DNA of 64,000 nt, taken from Yuukianura sp. NJ FZ-2021 (taxonomy: Eukaryota). This document shows, in pieces, positions 1 through 14,300 of the stretch. Made by a program: the position numbers and the translations under genes. Location: NCBI GenBank assembly GCA_046563655.1, contig CM102284.1:7192001-7256000 (forward strand), written 5' to 3'. How positions within the stretch are numbered: the stretch's first letter is position 1; each line of letters opens with the position of its first letter. The notes under the pieces were generated by a model. That model saw nothing but the letters and a program-made list of their open reading frames with translations. It had not been told where the DNA came from and made no database searches.

Positions 1-3000
1 GAGCAACAGCTTTCCCTCAGGAGAAAGTGACTATTGCATAAAACTGAGCGGAAATCATTTTCGTAATTAGTCTTCAACTTTTTTTTCAAATTAACTTTAC
101 TACTTTCTCTCTAGCAATAATCGAACTCAAATCAGGAAATTGTTACGAATGCCAATTATTTTCTTTCTAACTGATTGATGGACGAAATTTCCAAAAACAC
201 GCAACTAGTGGTCATTCCCCTCTACCAAAATAAACTCAAACAACGAAAAAACCAAAACTTTCATGTTTTAGAAATAAAAAAAAACTCTTTCCAAAAAATT
301 TCTCTCTACAACACATGTCCCAAAATCAAAATCGTTCCCATTTTTCTCAGAACTATTTTTGTTTCAAAGTCTTGACTTTCCCAAGCGACATTAACATTTC
401 AGTAGTTTCCATTTCCAAATCTAATCCTACCTGCACAACTGCCACATCACCAGTGCAAAATCAATATTAACGTCATCTTCAAAAGCATCTCAACCTGAGA
501 AGAAAAGACAAAGAAAAGCAAGAGTCTCTTCTATAATAGGAATATGATGGAACAATTTCCCACCGAAATCACAGTTATGTAAATGCAAGAAGAGGCGGGC
601 GGAGAAGAGTCAACATCATGTAACTTCCACCACTACGACTTTCCTCCCAAATTGCTTTCACCCACAACCACACCAAAGAACTTTTCCTAAGGTAAAACCT
701 AGCCTAACCACCTTATTTCCAGGACCTGTCTTCAACCTGATACGGAGTCTCTGTTACTATCCCTAGTCAAATATAATTAGCGTACCTCCTCCAACCACAC
801 CAAATCCACTTTCTTCACTCCACTTTCAAAATGTCTTTGAAATTTTGGCAATAACGAAAAACGATCACCAACCAGCCTCCTCCACACTCCTGTCTCTCTT
901 CCAAATCAGAGAAGGAGACGAAGAAAGCTTTTGTGCATAATATTTTATACTGGATTAAGTTTCTCTTCTGTTCCATCTGCTCACAGTTTCCAGTGTTCAC
1001 TAATGGACCGGAGGAGACAGAAGCCAAGAGCTTATGCATAAAAACAGTCACACTCAGGGAACTTAAGCTCATGTGAAAGTAAACAATATTTCTTCAACGT
1101 AAAAAGAGGTGTGACGGTGCAAGACTTTGTTGCAGAAGGGGACAGAAGACATAACAAAACATAGGTGGCCGCTATTAGCAATGAGGATATCCTCAAAAAA
1201 GAGAAAAAGCGTTTTCGACCAATTTTTACCTGCTCTCACCTCGCTTTCCTAAAAAAAAGTCAGGTTCGGCCAAGCAAAATTTAATCTCTTTTCTTCGAAA
1301 AATCCTCATTTGAGTCCTCTATCCTCAAAATGTCGCGGAACTATGCATGACAAAGTTAATTTTTCTCCCTTCTTCAATTCCTTTTCATTTGATCCTTGTA
1401 CAGCCGTGGGCTTAGCGACATTCCCACTCTAATAAATGAGACAAGGAAGGGAGGGGGTTGAATTGAAAAGAAAAAAAGTTTGGCAAGGTGACACTTTTCT
1501 CCAATTTATTTCCTCACACCCCCGCCTTTCCTTCTTAATGAATTTATACACAACAAACACGATTCTTCTAGCATAAAAACAAAAAACAACAAAAACCCAT
1601 TTTCCTATGCACCACGCTTCAAAATACTTTTCAAACTCCACGTTTTCTATTTCCTTAGATTTTTTCCAAGCCTCGGCTACAAACAACACAGAATGCGAGA
1701 TTTATTTTTATTGGAAATCTGCATTTTTACGTCCTGTTCAAAGTGACAAGACTGAATCAGTTTACAAAACACAAAACTGTAACACAAAAACAGTTCTAGT
1801 GGCAGTAGTCAAATAAATAAAAGACAGTCGACACAGATCAGATGCATTTTGAGAGCGACAAGCCGTAAAATACTCCAAAAGCTTCAAAAAACAGTCGTGT
1901 AGACACCGTTTGAATAACAAACGAAAAAAAAAATCAAGTTCCACCGCCATAAAATCCACAAACCGCATCCACATCTTTGTTATAATATTTACAACTTCAA
2001 ACTTCTATTTTTGGCGGGACTTTCAAACTGTAATTTCCGTTTCTTTTCAAATTGGCACGAACAATACCGTACCGTTGACACTTTAACGCTTCTCCGCTCA
2101 CAATCCAGTTGGGGGTCATAAAAAATTACAATTTCAAAAATCAAAAACTTTTTTTTCATCTAAAATTTTCACTGTGAGTCTTTCTCAGCCGACTTTCACT
2201 CGGTCCATTTCGAAATAACTTACTTTTTCTTCATCTTTTTCTTTTTCCAAAAAAAAAGTGAACCTACATCTTGAAATTTCTGTAATTGAAATTTAATATT
2301 CCAACACCATTATCTCCAAAAGTCAAAACCATTACGCAACGTTAAGCCTCACAAACAATTTCCCGTCGTTCAGAAATTACGTCATCCGCTTCTCACCCTT
2401 TTACGTCAAGAGAGCCTCACCCTGTCAAGTTGCGAACAAAAGATCATGAAATCCGAGTTACCATTAAAGGGAAAATCCCCTCTCATCTTCTCACTTTGAC
2501 AGAAACTCCGTCAGAACGAGACTCCAGCACAACTTCAACGTTCTCCAGAAGTGGAAAAACATGGCTCAGGTAACAAAATTAAATTGAAGTGGATGTCGAC
2601 ATTTCCTCTACAACCAAAAAGTAATACTTGAAGAAGACCTAAGTTACAAATGAAACACAGACTTCCACAGAGTGGTTCCACTAAAGTTATCCGAAATTGG
2701 AAACCAAATGCCAGACTCCCAAAAAACAGCATTTTAGGCTCACTTTAAAAGCCAAACACTTCACAGCATTCTTCCCTCTTTTCTACACATCACTTTCCCC
2801 AATTCCAGCTTTCTTCCGCTTCAGAACCCCCTTTTGAAATAGAGTTCTTTCCATTTTGTTGCTAATTCTTCAATTATCAAGGTTAACCTATCCAAAATCC
2901 ACAAATCACACAAAACTTTTTAATAGCAAAAAATCACAATCTTCCATCAAAAAAGTTTGGCCATCTGAGTCCAAATTAGTCCAACGCTGTCATCAATTTT

Positions 3001-4908
3001 AATACTTTGTAGATTAGTTAAAGTTTAGTTTAGTTACAAAAAGTAGTTTGAAGTTGACAAGACCAAGATTTGGTGTGTCTTCCTTTCTCTCAAAGTGAAA
3101 CCTCAAAAAAGACATTATCTCCTGCCTGTCTCTCACCATCTTCTTGGTCTTCCTGAAAACTGTCGTCCAAAAAAGAAAAAGTGCGCCAGAAAACAAAGTT
3201 TTATAATAAAAGAAAACCATTTGTGAGGGGTTTATGTCGTCCAGATGAGCTCAATCTCAGTTGGAGATTGTTATTAGAAGACACGTAGACCATATCATGA
3301 AAAAGAAAAGAAAGTTGAGTCCTCTGACGTTCCCATCTAATACTTTTCTCTCTTACTTATCCAACTGTCACATGGACTCAGAGAGGAGAAATTCACCGCC
3401 GTAAGTCAACAAAGACTAACGGAACAAAGAATTGGCCAGAAGTTAGGCCAACCTAACCATTCTTTCAGACCAATGACATGTTGTGCCTCCAGAAAACAGA
3501 AAGGTACATACAATGGTCTTCCATGTCAACTTGTGATCTTTGCCAAAATTATCCAATTCCAAAATGCCACAACTGTCACACTCACAAATTCCAAACAAAC
3601 TTCAATACAACAACCTTGTTTACAAAAATTGTTTAAAAAATTGTCGAAAACTCAAGAAAATTACCTAAGCAAAAATGCTAGGCAGCCCGAATTTCAGAAA
3701 AAGTTCAAAAAACCAATCGATAAAACTTTCGCCTTTGGACTCACTCATTCTCCTGCAATTTCATTTTTATTAAAAGCAAGTGTGACCTTGGTTTCTACCT
3801 TGATGATTTACATAAGAAATTGTCACGCAAGTTGACATTTGACTTTCACTTCAAATTTTCAAAAAAAAAATCAATCAACCAGAAAACTTTATTGTGGCGA
3901 ATTGTCATCAGCTTGTTCAAGAAATTTCGAACAATTCAAACTCAATTCTCAATTTCGGCACCTAAAACTTAACATTTGAATTTTTTGGCTTTCCAAATCA
4001 GTCGAACTTTTGCCGTCGATGCTTCATCCGTTGAACTTTTTCCTCTTCACGTCCCTGCTAAAATGCCATTTAAGCAACACAACAGACGCAAGACAAAGCG
4101 CGTTTTAGTTCCCGCGGCTCCAGTTACAACGGAAAGTGAAAAGAGACAAACTTTCTCTCGTCCTGTAACCATGATACCCTACCGCTTCCATACTCAGCCT
4201 TCCCGCTGCCTAACGTCGAGACACCGAGTACAGCCCCTACCCTAACTTTCTCCCTCACCAAATCATTATCAAGCACAATGTTCAAGCAAGGAGCTCAAGC
4301 AACATGCTGTGCACAAAGAAAATGAAACCCAAACCCCAACGCACATCTATTTTCCACCATCTTCCAAGACACAAAGTGTATCAAAGTCCCTCCCTCCTCA
4401 TGTAACACATCCATAAAACATCTCCAACAACTCACCAAGCCCAAGCACCCATTACCCACTTCCATCACCCAACACTTCCTTATTAGACCAAAAACTCCAA
4501 TTACATCACAAACTCACACTTTCATCAGTTGCATTTAACATGAAAATAAGATGCACAACCCATATTTACATTCACATTTTACATTTATTATTATTACACA
4601 CTCAACTCTTAACTTTACTCTGCGTATGTCGTTGCATGAGCATCTGCATCTCTCAAAAAAACAAGCATCCGCTGTTCAGCCTTGATTTTCAAAATATTTT
4701 AACATTTTTCGGTCTTCCCCCTCAAAATTTCTGAGCACTTCAAAGGAAAAAGTGATACTTAGAAAAATGATTGGAAAACACATTAGCATCCCCATCCACA
4801 AAACCAACCCCAACAAAACGCAGTGAGACATTTTGGAATTTAAATGCAGTTTATTTTATCATTAGCGATAGGATAAGAGTTAAGAAGTTTAATGTTTTGA
4901 AGTTATGT

Positions 4909-5203
4909 TCAATTGCAGTAAGCTGAAGTACGAATGCAGTATCCGCCGCTGTAGCCATGAGACTGACAGCATTGAGAGACTTCCGCTGCAGTACGGCTGC
5001 AGTCAACACTACACGGTCCGCTGTAGGTTTGGGCCTCAGTGACTCCTGCAAATATTGGAAAATTTTTTGTATTTTAAATACCGTTTCTAGAATTAGAGAT
5101 TTGAAATTTGAAATTTAGCTAAGTGTATACAAAGTTACTTACCAATGGCCACAACAGCAACGCAGACCAAGACAGCCAAGAAGACGAAAAGTTTTGAAGC
5201 CAT
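4909..5203 (-). CDS. Diapausin-like secreted cysteine-rich antifungal peptide precursor (65 aa), nested in a large intron
   Basis: Exon 5203-5143 (ATG...ATTG|GTAAGT), 97-nt intron, exon 5045-4909 (TTGCAG|GA...TGA). Translation: MASKLFVFLAVLVCVAVVAIGVTEA-QTYSGPCSVDCSRTAAEVSQCCQSHGYSGGYCIRTSAYCN*. It has a signal peptide and a 40-aa mature peptide with C-x3-C-x9-CC-x2-HG-x-SG-x2-C-x6-C-N, matching the diapausin pattern (GPC...CC..HG.SG..C...YCN). AATAAA lies at 4855-4850. Confidence 0.9.
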
Positions 5204-5266
5204 TCTGTTGAAGTGGACGCGAGTTTTGGTTTTTCAGAGAAGTTTGGTTTTCGAAAGTAATTTTCG

Positions 5267-5394
5267 TACTGATTTACCTGGCTCGAAGTCGGTGGTTTTA
5301 TACCAATTCGACAGATGCTTGGGCCTACAGTTTTTGATTAATTTTGAAAGGAAACCGCCTCCTTCTCTAAAAATTTCTTGGAGTGGAAACCTCC
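5267..5394 (-). promoter_or_regulatory. Core promoter of the diapausin-like gene: TATA box, initiator, two kB-like motifs
   Basis: On the minus strand, TATAAAA (5302-5296) lies ~32 nt upstream of Inr-like TCAGTA (5272-5267). GGCGGTTTCC (5359-5350) and GGAGGTTTCC (5394-5385) resemble NF-kB/Rel sites. Confidence 0.65.
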
Positions 5395-8300
5395 AAAATT
5401 CAGAATTTAAAAAACAGGTTTTCCTTGTGTGCGTCACACCTAGCAATGTTTTTAATTTTTTGAATTGTCAGTACTATATTTGACACAAAATCGAGTTTTT
5501 GCCATTGAGTTGTATGGAAGTCTCAGTAATTATAGGCGTCAAACTAGTATATTCCAATTACCAATCTTGTTTAGTTACATTAATGATGATGGCGTTCATC
5601 ACTGAAGACGTCAACAACTAACCTTACGTTAATGTCATTAGTAAAACTGGTTGTCACCTAATGCAATGCTAACTAGCTCAAGATCTCTCCAAACTGGTAC
5701 ACAACAGTTCGTAGGAACTCGTTTTAAATGTTGTTTTTCAAAATTGGCATTTTCAAATTGCAAATTACCTTTTCCAAATATTTTTTTATCCTGCCATTTT
5801 AAATTGTTTTGTATTTGAGAGTTTTTGTTTATGTTATTCTAGATCCAACTTATGACTGAAATTTTGGTATACTGAAAGAGTTGTTCTAAACAAGGCCATT
5901 TGGCTGGCACAATGGAAGCAAATTATAAGAAGTCGTTTGCTTATCCCCGTGTTCGTAATTGAGGAGAAAGTAAAGATTATCCTCTAAAGTTTCTTATTTT
6001 GGTTTCTGAATTGTCAAATTTATGAAATTTTCCGTACCATGGAATGATATTTTTTTATGTGCTTTTTTATGCGCAATGTGCTTGTAACCAATCAACAAAT
6101 CATCATCATGGAAATTTTTCAAAACCGTAATACCGAAACCACAAAACCAATACAAATCTGTACAGTTCCACAACAGTTTTTTCTGGCAACCACTTTAAAA
6201 AAAAATCACTAAGTCTAACACTTTCTACATTCTTGTTGACATTTTAAATACTGCCAAAACTGGAATAATCAACAGCATGAGATTTTAATTTTAACTTTCC
6301 CTCCACAATTCTCTTGGTCCTCCTGACACTAAGGATGACAAAGTGAAATGAAAGCAACAAAAAAAAAGAACTAAGTCAGAAAACGCCCACTTTCCTTGTC
6401 AAATTACTCTCCCGTAGTTTCCTGTAGCTTCTCTTAGTCGAACCTACCCAAGCCAAGCCCGGATGAAATGAGGAGAGAAAGTAGCATATTAATTTCTCTG
6501 TCTGCTCTTTCCCCTTGGGAATAAACAATTTTACTTTGACAAACAGCAGGAGTAGGACCTTCTGTTTTAAGGAAATTAATTGAGCATTAACTGCATTAAT
6601 TATTCAGGGCACAAGTTGACAAGATCCGCTCCCTTGACACTCTGCCCTTCTCAGTTCAAAGTCCTCTTCCCTTAATATCTTTTGCACAAGAAACATTCAT
6701 ACAAAAGGAGTGAAAGTTCATGCCGCCCGATTTCTACACTCCACTTCCCTCGTCTTGAATATTTCATTAAAAGAGAAAGACATTAAAGAAACAAAAAATG
6801 AAATCCAGAAAATCAAGAATCTTTATGAAAACGGTCCCCTAACGCTCCGAATTTCCAAGGAAAGACGTCACAAGTGCAGACTCCGAAAAAATGAGTAACA
6901 GCTGGGGAATGCAGGGGATGAAGAAATAGAGAAAGCATGGGAAACTCCCATTTCTCAATCCAGATGAATCTGAGTCAACTGAAGTCAATCAGCTTCCGAA
7001 TGACAAAACGCACTTTGGCGCGAAACAAAATTTCGAGAAACTTTTTACTGAATTCAACAATTATTCAAGTCTCTGACAGCAGAAAACCCAACGGAAAACA
7101 ACTACGGAAAAATGATAAAGCGAACTTAAAATTCACAATTTTAGCCAACAACGAGAAAAAAAAATATCCACTGGCGCTAAATTCCTACATAACAATTTTT
7201 AAAAAATTCAAAACAAAATTACCGAGTTGCAGACTATTCGGCGTGCCAACTATTTGAAAAACAACGTAATTTTCACCAAAATTTGATCTCAAGCTCTCTC
7301 TCTCTCCATCTGACTTTCGCCATCTCCAACAGTCGAATTTTGAAAACAGTCCATTTCTCTCGTCCCCCGCGAGAAAGCGCTTCAACAACTTTGACTTTCT
7401 CCACAAACATTCAAAAGTTCCCGCTTTCTCCGCCAGAAAGCGCCAACTTTCTCCTTTTCAAATTCACGCTTATTTTCCCTCCAAAACGCCATCTCGCGCC
7501 ACTTTCTCTATTCTTACAGGCAAAAACCTCTCCAATCGACGTCATTTTCCATCTCTTTTGTCATCTTTCCTAGAAAAAAAAAGTTTTGGATGGAATTTCA
7601 TTTCATTTCAAATTCCCCGCCCTAACTTCGTTTTCGAATGGAAATATAGGCACTTTCTCCACTTTCTTTTTATAATTTCCCGTCTCTGCTGAATCCTCTT
7701 AAGGGCTAATTAATGCTATTAAGCTTCCTCCACTCCCTTTGTGCATCTCCAAAAATCCACATGCTCCCGTTCCCGCCTTTCTTCTCATTTTTAAAATGCG
7801 GCTCATGGGGACTTTTCTTTTGCCGCTTCCTATTTATTCACAGTATTCCAAAATCCGCCTTTCCACAAATTGAATGATGAAAATTCTAAGACGACCATCA
7901 TCATTTCACAACCAAAGGGAATTCTCACAAAGACGGAATTCAGTTTCATCCTTCACAAACTTTCAATCTGTTCTTCCGCTTTCTCTATCATAAACTCCAT
8001 AGAGAATATCCCTTTAGCGTTATGTTGTGTCTAGCCTAACCTAACTTTGCTTTCCCCAATGCAATAAGGGAGCAAGCGCCTCTAAAGAGAGAAAGATGAG
8101 CCTTCCAAAATTACTTTATTGAATAACTCCTCATCATAAACAGGCGACTCGGGCAGTATTGAGCGCTCAAACTCCTAGTTTGTTAGTAGCTTCAGCCTGA
8201 TGTTGGCAGCATGCTAGGATCAACCGAGAGAGATTGGCTTCTAGTTTTTACTAGATCCTTGCTCCCCATGGTGATGACAGGGGAGGATTAGAGTTCATCT

Positions 8301-11300
8301 AACTCGTTTTATGGCAAAGCATCTTGTCCAACATGTCACGCCGTTAAGAGACTCAAGTCTACTTCCAGGAAGTGTGACAGGACAGGAGATGAGCTCTCAC
8401 GATACCACTGCTAGGAGTTTCCTCAATTTACACACACTCATCAGCTCACAAACATCAATTTTCAACACTTTAGCACCTTGCGAAAACCAAATGGCTCTTA
8501 AGACACTTCCCACAAATCCAATAACCATCATTTATTTTTTATTCCTCCGAAATTCGAAAAAAAAAACTCCAAAACCAAACCCAAAATCTCTCGGAATTTC
8601 CCTTCTCACGAAAATAAATTTCTCCAATAAAGTTTTCCCTGTCAAAAAAGATTCTGCATAAGGAGTCGTTTTCCTAATCCAACCGAATTCCCTAAGCTCC
8701 TCGAAAAAAAAAACTTATCCACACTTTCTCCTCAGTTCCATTTCTCTTCTCGCTTCTTCCCCAGTTTTAGCTCGTTAGAAAACTTTTTTTGTCTAGTGCT
8801 CGTACTACAACACTTGCATAACTACTAACTACCACTAGGCTTTTCGATAAAGAAAAAAAAACAGGTTAGGTTAGTTTCACCTAACTTTAGAGAAAGCGTC
8901 CAAGAAAAAGTCTTTTACAATAACACCCTACGGCCCATTTTCTTTCTCGCCAAAAACAAAAAACTTGGAAACCCAAGAGCCTTGTGTAACTCTTTTTCTT
9001 CTCCCGAAAGTTGTATATTTCACAACTCCGTTTTCTAGCCTCACAAAACAGGCTAGAAAACTAGTAGTAGGTTTAGAATTCATCGAACTTTGGAAGCAAC
9101 CCAAGAGACAATCCACTTTGGTCTAAAAAACACAGTTTCCTCTCAGCAAAAACACTCCACTTTCCATAATTACATGGGAAAAAATTAATTGAAAATTAAG
9201 CTCCCCCAACTCTCAAACTATTCCTTCTCCAACATTCAACACTTTAAGCACAAAACCTAACTTGAAAAACATTATGCGACACACAACAAAGCCCGGGAAA
9301 ACTGCCGTGCGAATTGTATTTTCACTCACTTTCACTCCCGTCCGATACTCCCGCAATCATTTTTCAATTTTCTTCCTTTCTCTTCCTCCATATAATTTCC
9401 TGTAGCTCCAGAAAACTTTTTCTTCCACTTTCACATTTTTTCTTTACTTTCTCCATGTCCCCGTTTCTCTTGGCTCCAAAATTCGAAAAAGAGAACGTTA
9501 GGCAGGAGAGAGACACTTCAGCTACTAAATGATGGATGAGCAGAAGAATAGAACCCAAAACCAATCTGACACGAACCACACCTTTCCCTTCAGCCTTACA
9601 TACCAACTTTCTCGAATAAGTCCGCCAGTTCGAATCCAGCCAGCCCCTTTACCAGTAAAAAACTTACTAAAAGAGAAAGTAGATATTCCAGAATCTGTCT
9701 CTTCCATCACTTCCAATACGAGTTCTGTTTTTCACTTTTATATAAGAAAAAGCTCCAAGGAAAAGTAAATAAAACGGGCCTTACTCTGTTCATTTCGTAT
9801 TGAAAAATCTTCTACATTCAGAAAAGACATAGACATTGTTCCATTTCTATCAATTCAACTTTCTCTCTATTTTTTGCCCATAAATAATAAATCTCTCAAG
9901 CAAATAAGGACATGTGGAACTTTACTAGCTCAGAAAATAAAATAAAAGGAAAGTTAGAACTTAATGCCACACGCTGCCTGTCTCTGCCAGTCATTTTCTC
10001 TCCATCTGTGCCTGACACAAAAGAATTGCATTGATTCTCCTTAAACATAAACAAATTCACAACGTATGCTTCCTAGCACAATCCCTTTTTCCGCTTCAAA
10101 CGCCTTCTAAAGCGCTTCTTCATCCGTTTGAGCACTACTGCTCAAACACTATCGAAACCTCTACGCTCCATGACTTTCCAAATTCCAGTATTCCACAATT
10201 TACAATTTTCGATTTTGCAATAATCAGTTTTCCATCTTAAAAGTCCAATTTTCATAAATTTTATCTCAGTCTTACTGTTTTGAAACAACTACAGTAAAAA
10301 AAAAACAAAGTTCGATGACCTGAAACAAAAAAAAAGTCAACGATTTCTCATCTTGCCTGTCTTTTCCCAACTTTCACCACAAAAAACGGCGTCCCAGAAT
10401 CAAAAAATAGCAAAAGTCAGCAAACGAAAGAAACCAAAATTCGATTTAGATTTTGTTGGAAGAAAGCACAAAATTCGATTGATTATTGAACCGTATCCTC
10501 CTCCTTTCTCCTCCCAGCCGGTTTTGCTCGCAGTTAATAGGAAATGAAAGCGAAATTCCGCATCTCCCTGACAATTGAATAAATTATACTAATTCATCAG
10601 ATCAAAACCACAGAGTGATCTCATCAGTCAACCACATCTCTTCTCCTGATCACTCTCTCCAATTCATGACACAGCCATTTCTCCATTTCAGGATTCTTAA
10701 TAGAGTCAAACCCAAGGACTGTCACTCCACTTTTAGTACAAAGGGCTCCCACCACCACAACAAAGGCCTCTCTCGCCACAAAAAAGAGAAAACCACTTCA
10801 ATTCCACCCAAAACTACAATGTCAAAGGGCCTTTCCTTTTTTTCTTCTGAAACCAATCAACTGAGACCATGTTCCACCAGTCACTTTCTAGACATCGACC
10901 AAGCGTTACCACATCCATCACTAAACCTCGCCTAACCTAAAGCACCCACAAAGTTAAACTTTCCTGCCACAAACATCAACGTCACCTCCTCACACTTCCA
11001 GGTCACTTTTCCCAGAAAAGCCTTTACAGGTCAACTTTCTCCCTCCAAAAAAAAAGTTAAACTGCCTAACCCTCTTGACATTTATCTCGCTTTCACTTTA
11101 CTTTCAAACTTTCTCGTGTCCAGTCACTCTAACCAAACTTGGTCAACAACCCCCACAGCTAAAGTATCTAAAAAATTCAAAGCTCTAATCTTCCGAGACC
11201 TTAGACCAGCAGCTCTACGCACGATGTGACTAGAATTCCTTCAATTCTTTGCCCCAAACAAATAAAACCAAAAACTCAAAGAAAAAAGTCAATTGGAGAA

Positions 11301-14300
11301 AACAATGCCTTATAAAAATCCAAGAACAAAACATGTACCATCCAGGCCAAAAAACCTAACATCCATAGGGTAAAAATCTTACAATTGTGCACTAGTCTAG
11401 AAGTTGAGAGCACGAAAAAAGATAGGGATCAGAGCCAAGGAAGTCAAGCGTAATAAAATCCCTTGTACAAGACTTGAGAAAGCCAATTCCCCCTGCACGC
11501 TGCCACCATCTTCGCCCTTTCTCAGCAGCCAAGACGAAACAAATTCAAAAAAAGTAGAAAAAAGTGTAAGAAGAAGAAAAACGCGGGCTGCCGAATTCCT
11601 TGGGAAAAGCCAAGTTTCAAAACAGAACAAAACAACCAAAAAATGTTCGTAAAGGAAAATCCCAGGAAAGTCAAATGGTGAAAATCAAACGGACTGAATA
11701 TAATTCGAAGGAATGGGAATGGATTCATGTTTTCTCTTTCGTTTTTTCAAAAAAGGGCTTCCACAGCCAAAGATTTACCGTAGTAGCAGGAGCAAGCATC
11801 TTCCATTTGAGATTTATTCCTCCATTCTCTTTCAGTTCTTAATCCTCAATACAATTGACTGCCTCAATTCAAAAACTTACTTTCTCCGCCTAGTTTCTTT
11901 AGAACTTCAATTCCTTTCAGCTTAAGTCCAACCAATTCCAACCGAAATTTGGAATTTCGATTCCATAACTCTCTTCCTCGTAACAAAATTCATACTAAGA
12001 TCTCTTCGTCGCTTCTCCTTTTCGTTCAAGATCAATTGTAGTCTTATCCGAAAATAAATACTGAACGTCAAGAAAAAGCAAGAGACTGGATACTTTCTCT
12101 GCCAAAATCCTATTCTTTGTAGTTAATTTACCATGAAAGACGTCAGCCTACTCTGCCGCGCTCTCAAAGTCCAGATTCATCGCAGTTGCTAAAAGCCAGG
12201 AATCACAACTCCTTCCACGCTAAAAGCAAAATCACAATATATTTCATGTTATAGACTTCAGGGGTTTCCAATTACGAATTCTTCGAGTCGTTTTAGTTTC
12301 CTTCTCGTTTCTCAAACCGAATTTTTAAAATTTTGAATTTCTCAAAAAATTCAGTGAACATACGAAAAACCTGCCCAAAGTTTCCAATTTTCGCTTTAGA
12401 ATTGACTGGCAATTTTCTCCTTCCAAAAAAAAATCCAAGAAAAAAACTGTTCCATTTAGCACAAAACGAATCTCCGGCTACAGTTTCCACAATCGCCACA
12501 ATAGCTCAAAATCTGAGTCCTTTCTCCATTGTTTCAAGCCTATTCTGTCCAAATTGGAACAAGTATCAAATTCTCATTAGCCATTTTCCTACCGTTTCCT
12601 TTTGTCTTCTCATGCATTAGGAGCCAACAGTAAAGTTTCTAGCCCAGCTTTTGTTCCGATCCTTTTAAAATGTCAAGGTTAGTTTCGTTTTCAAATTCAA
12701 CAAAAAGCTCTCCGCTGGTGCCAAACCTTACAGAAATGCTGGCGCACCTAACGAAAAACCTTTTCATTTCAGAATTAGCTTTTCCCCAACTTCAGTTCGC
12801 CACCAGCAGTGTTTCTGTGGCTTCCAAGGCTTAGTTGCAAGACAGACGTCTAAAGATGGAAAGAAGGGGAGAAAGAAGAATGGTTTGGTTAGTTAGCAAC
12901 CAAAATCCCATTCTCTCCCTCTCCCTTCTTATTCCAAGTAGCACTGTCTGTATCCATCTCTCCATTTCCTACCAAAATGTTAGGCTAGGCTACCCTAACC
13001 TAACGAAAAAGAAAGCATCAAAGCATAAGGGGATGGCAGAACTGGAGAAAGTTAGGGTTCGTTGCCCTGGACAACCGTCTTCTTAAACATGCCAGTCGAC
13101 GACAGAAAAGTAATCAATGATAAAATCTACCCAGAAGCACTTCCTCTCTCTTCTTAAGAAAATTTCACCCTATTTCATCAATACTTTCTCAACATTTCTT
13201 CTGCTTTCACTTCAATTTCAAAGTAAGGCCAAACTAATCCAACCTTCCGTAGCCCCTGATTATCCCACGATTCTACTCTCAATTTTTCCTTTCAAATCTT
13301 TCAAAAAACTTCCAAAAAAAATCTTTTATGAAAAATTTTACGAACATGCACAGACCAAAGAGAAAGTAAATTACCTTCCACATTTGTGCCGAAACGCAAA
13401 GTGCTCAACCAAACATCACCTCCCTTTGATTTCCTCTCACCTCCATCCACGTCACTTTCACTTTGGCGGCAAAAGTACTTTCAAAATTTCCAAAAACCAA
13501 GAGAGCTTTTCCTATATCTAGCCTGTCACCTCCTAGATCCAACTTTTCTTTCAGATTAGCCTTGTGCTTAGAGCTCTACTCTTACCAAAAACTAACTTAA
13601 CCAAAAAACTGAGAAAGCTTATAAAAATTTCAAGCCACCAGAATCACAGTTGGTGTGAAAACTCGGTAAGAGGCTTCTTATCACTTCCAGTTCTGCTGGA
13701 ACCACCCGTATAAGACACATATGTATGAAATACACTAACACGTCCGCAGCATACGTTGCACAACTAACATTTCCATAAGGAACAAAGGAAATCATAAGCT
13801 CAGAGAAAGCGAATGAAAAAAAAGTAAGAAAAATGAAAAGAATAAGTAAATAAATAAAAACGCTTTCCAAGAAATGTCAAAAACCTAGGTTTCGCCTCTA
13901 CCTTCCAAGGTTCTGTTTTTGCTTTCAAAATGGCTTTTGCCTTCATTGTTACTTGAATTCAGGAAGTCATTGTTCGTTTGTTCCCTTCTGCTTCCTCTTT
14001 TCTTCCAAAACCACAAAAACTTAGAAAAAAAAACTTGAGCAGAGTCAGGAAATGCTGTTTGCAAGAACACAAAAAAGCTCAGACAAAAGAGAAAGTTGCA
14101 GATGACAACAAGGAGCATGAGACTTGGAAAACTTATTCAAAATCTTATAACGAACGGAACGAGGGCAAACCAACTCTGGTATATCCAATTTGAATAGATT
14201 TTTGGAGCCTTCCGGGTGCACAGGACGTTGAAAACGTGATGACTTCAGCAGCCACGTCGACTTTCATAACAAAATTTTACCGCTAAAACTTAAATTTCAA

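Noticed and set aside
4851-5483. ORF-track entries 4851-5051 (-) and 5145-5483 (+)
   Set aside because: Wrong-frame or antisense shadows of the spliced diapausin-like gene.
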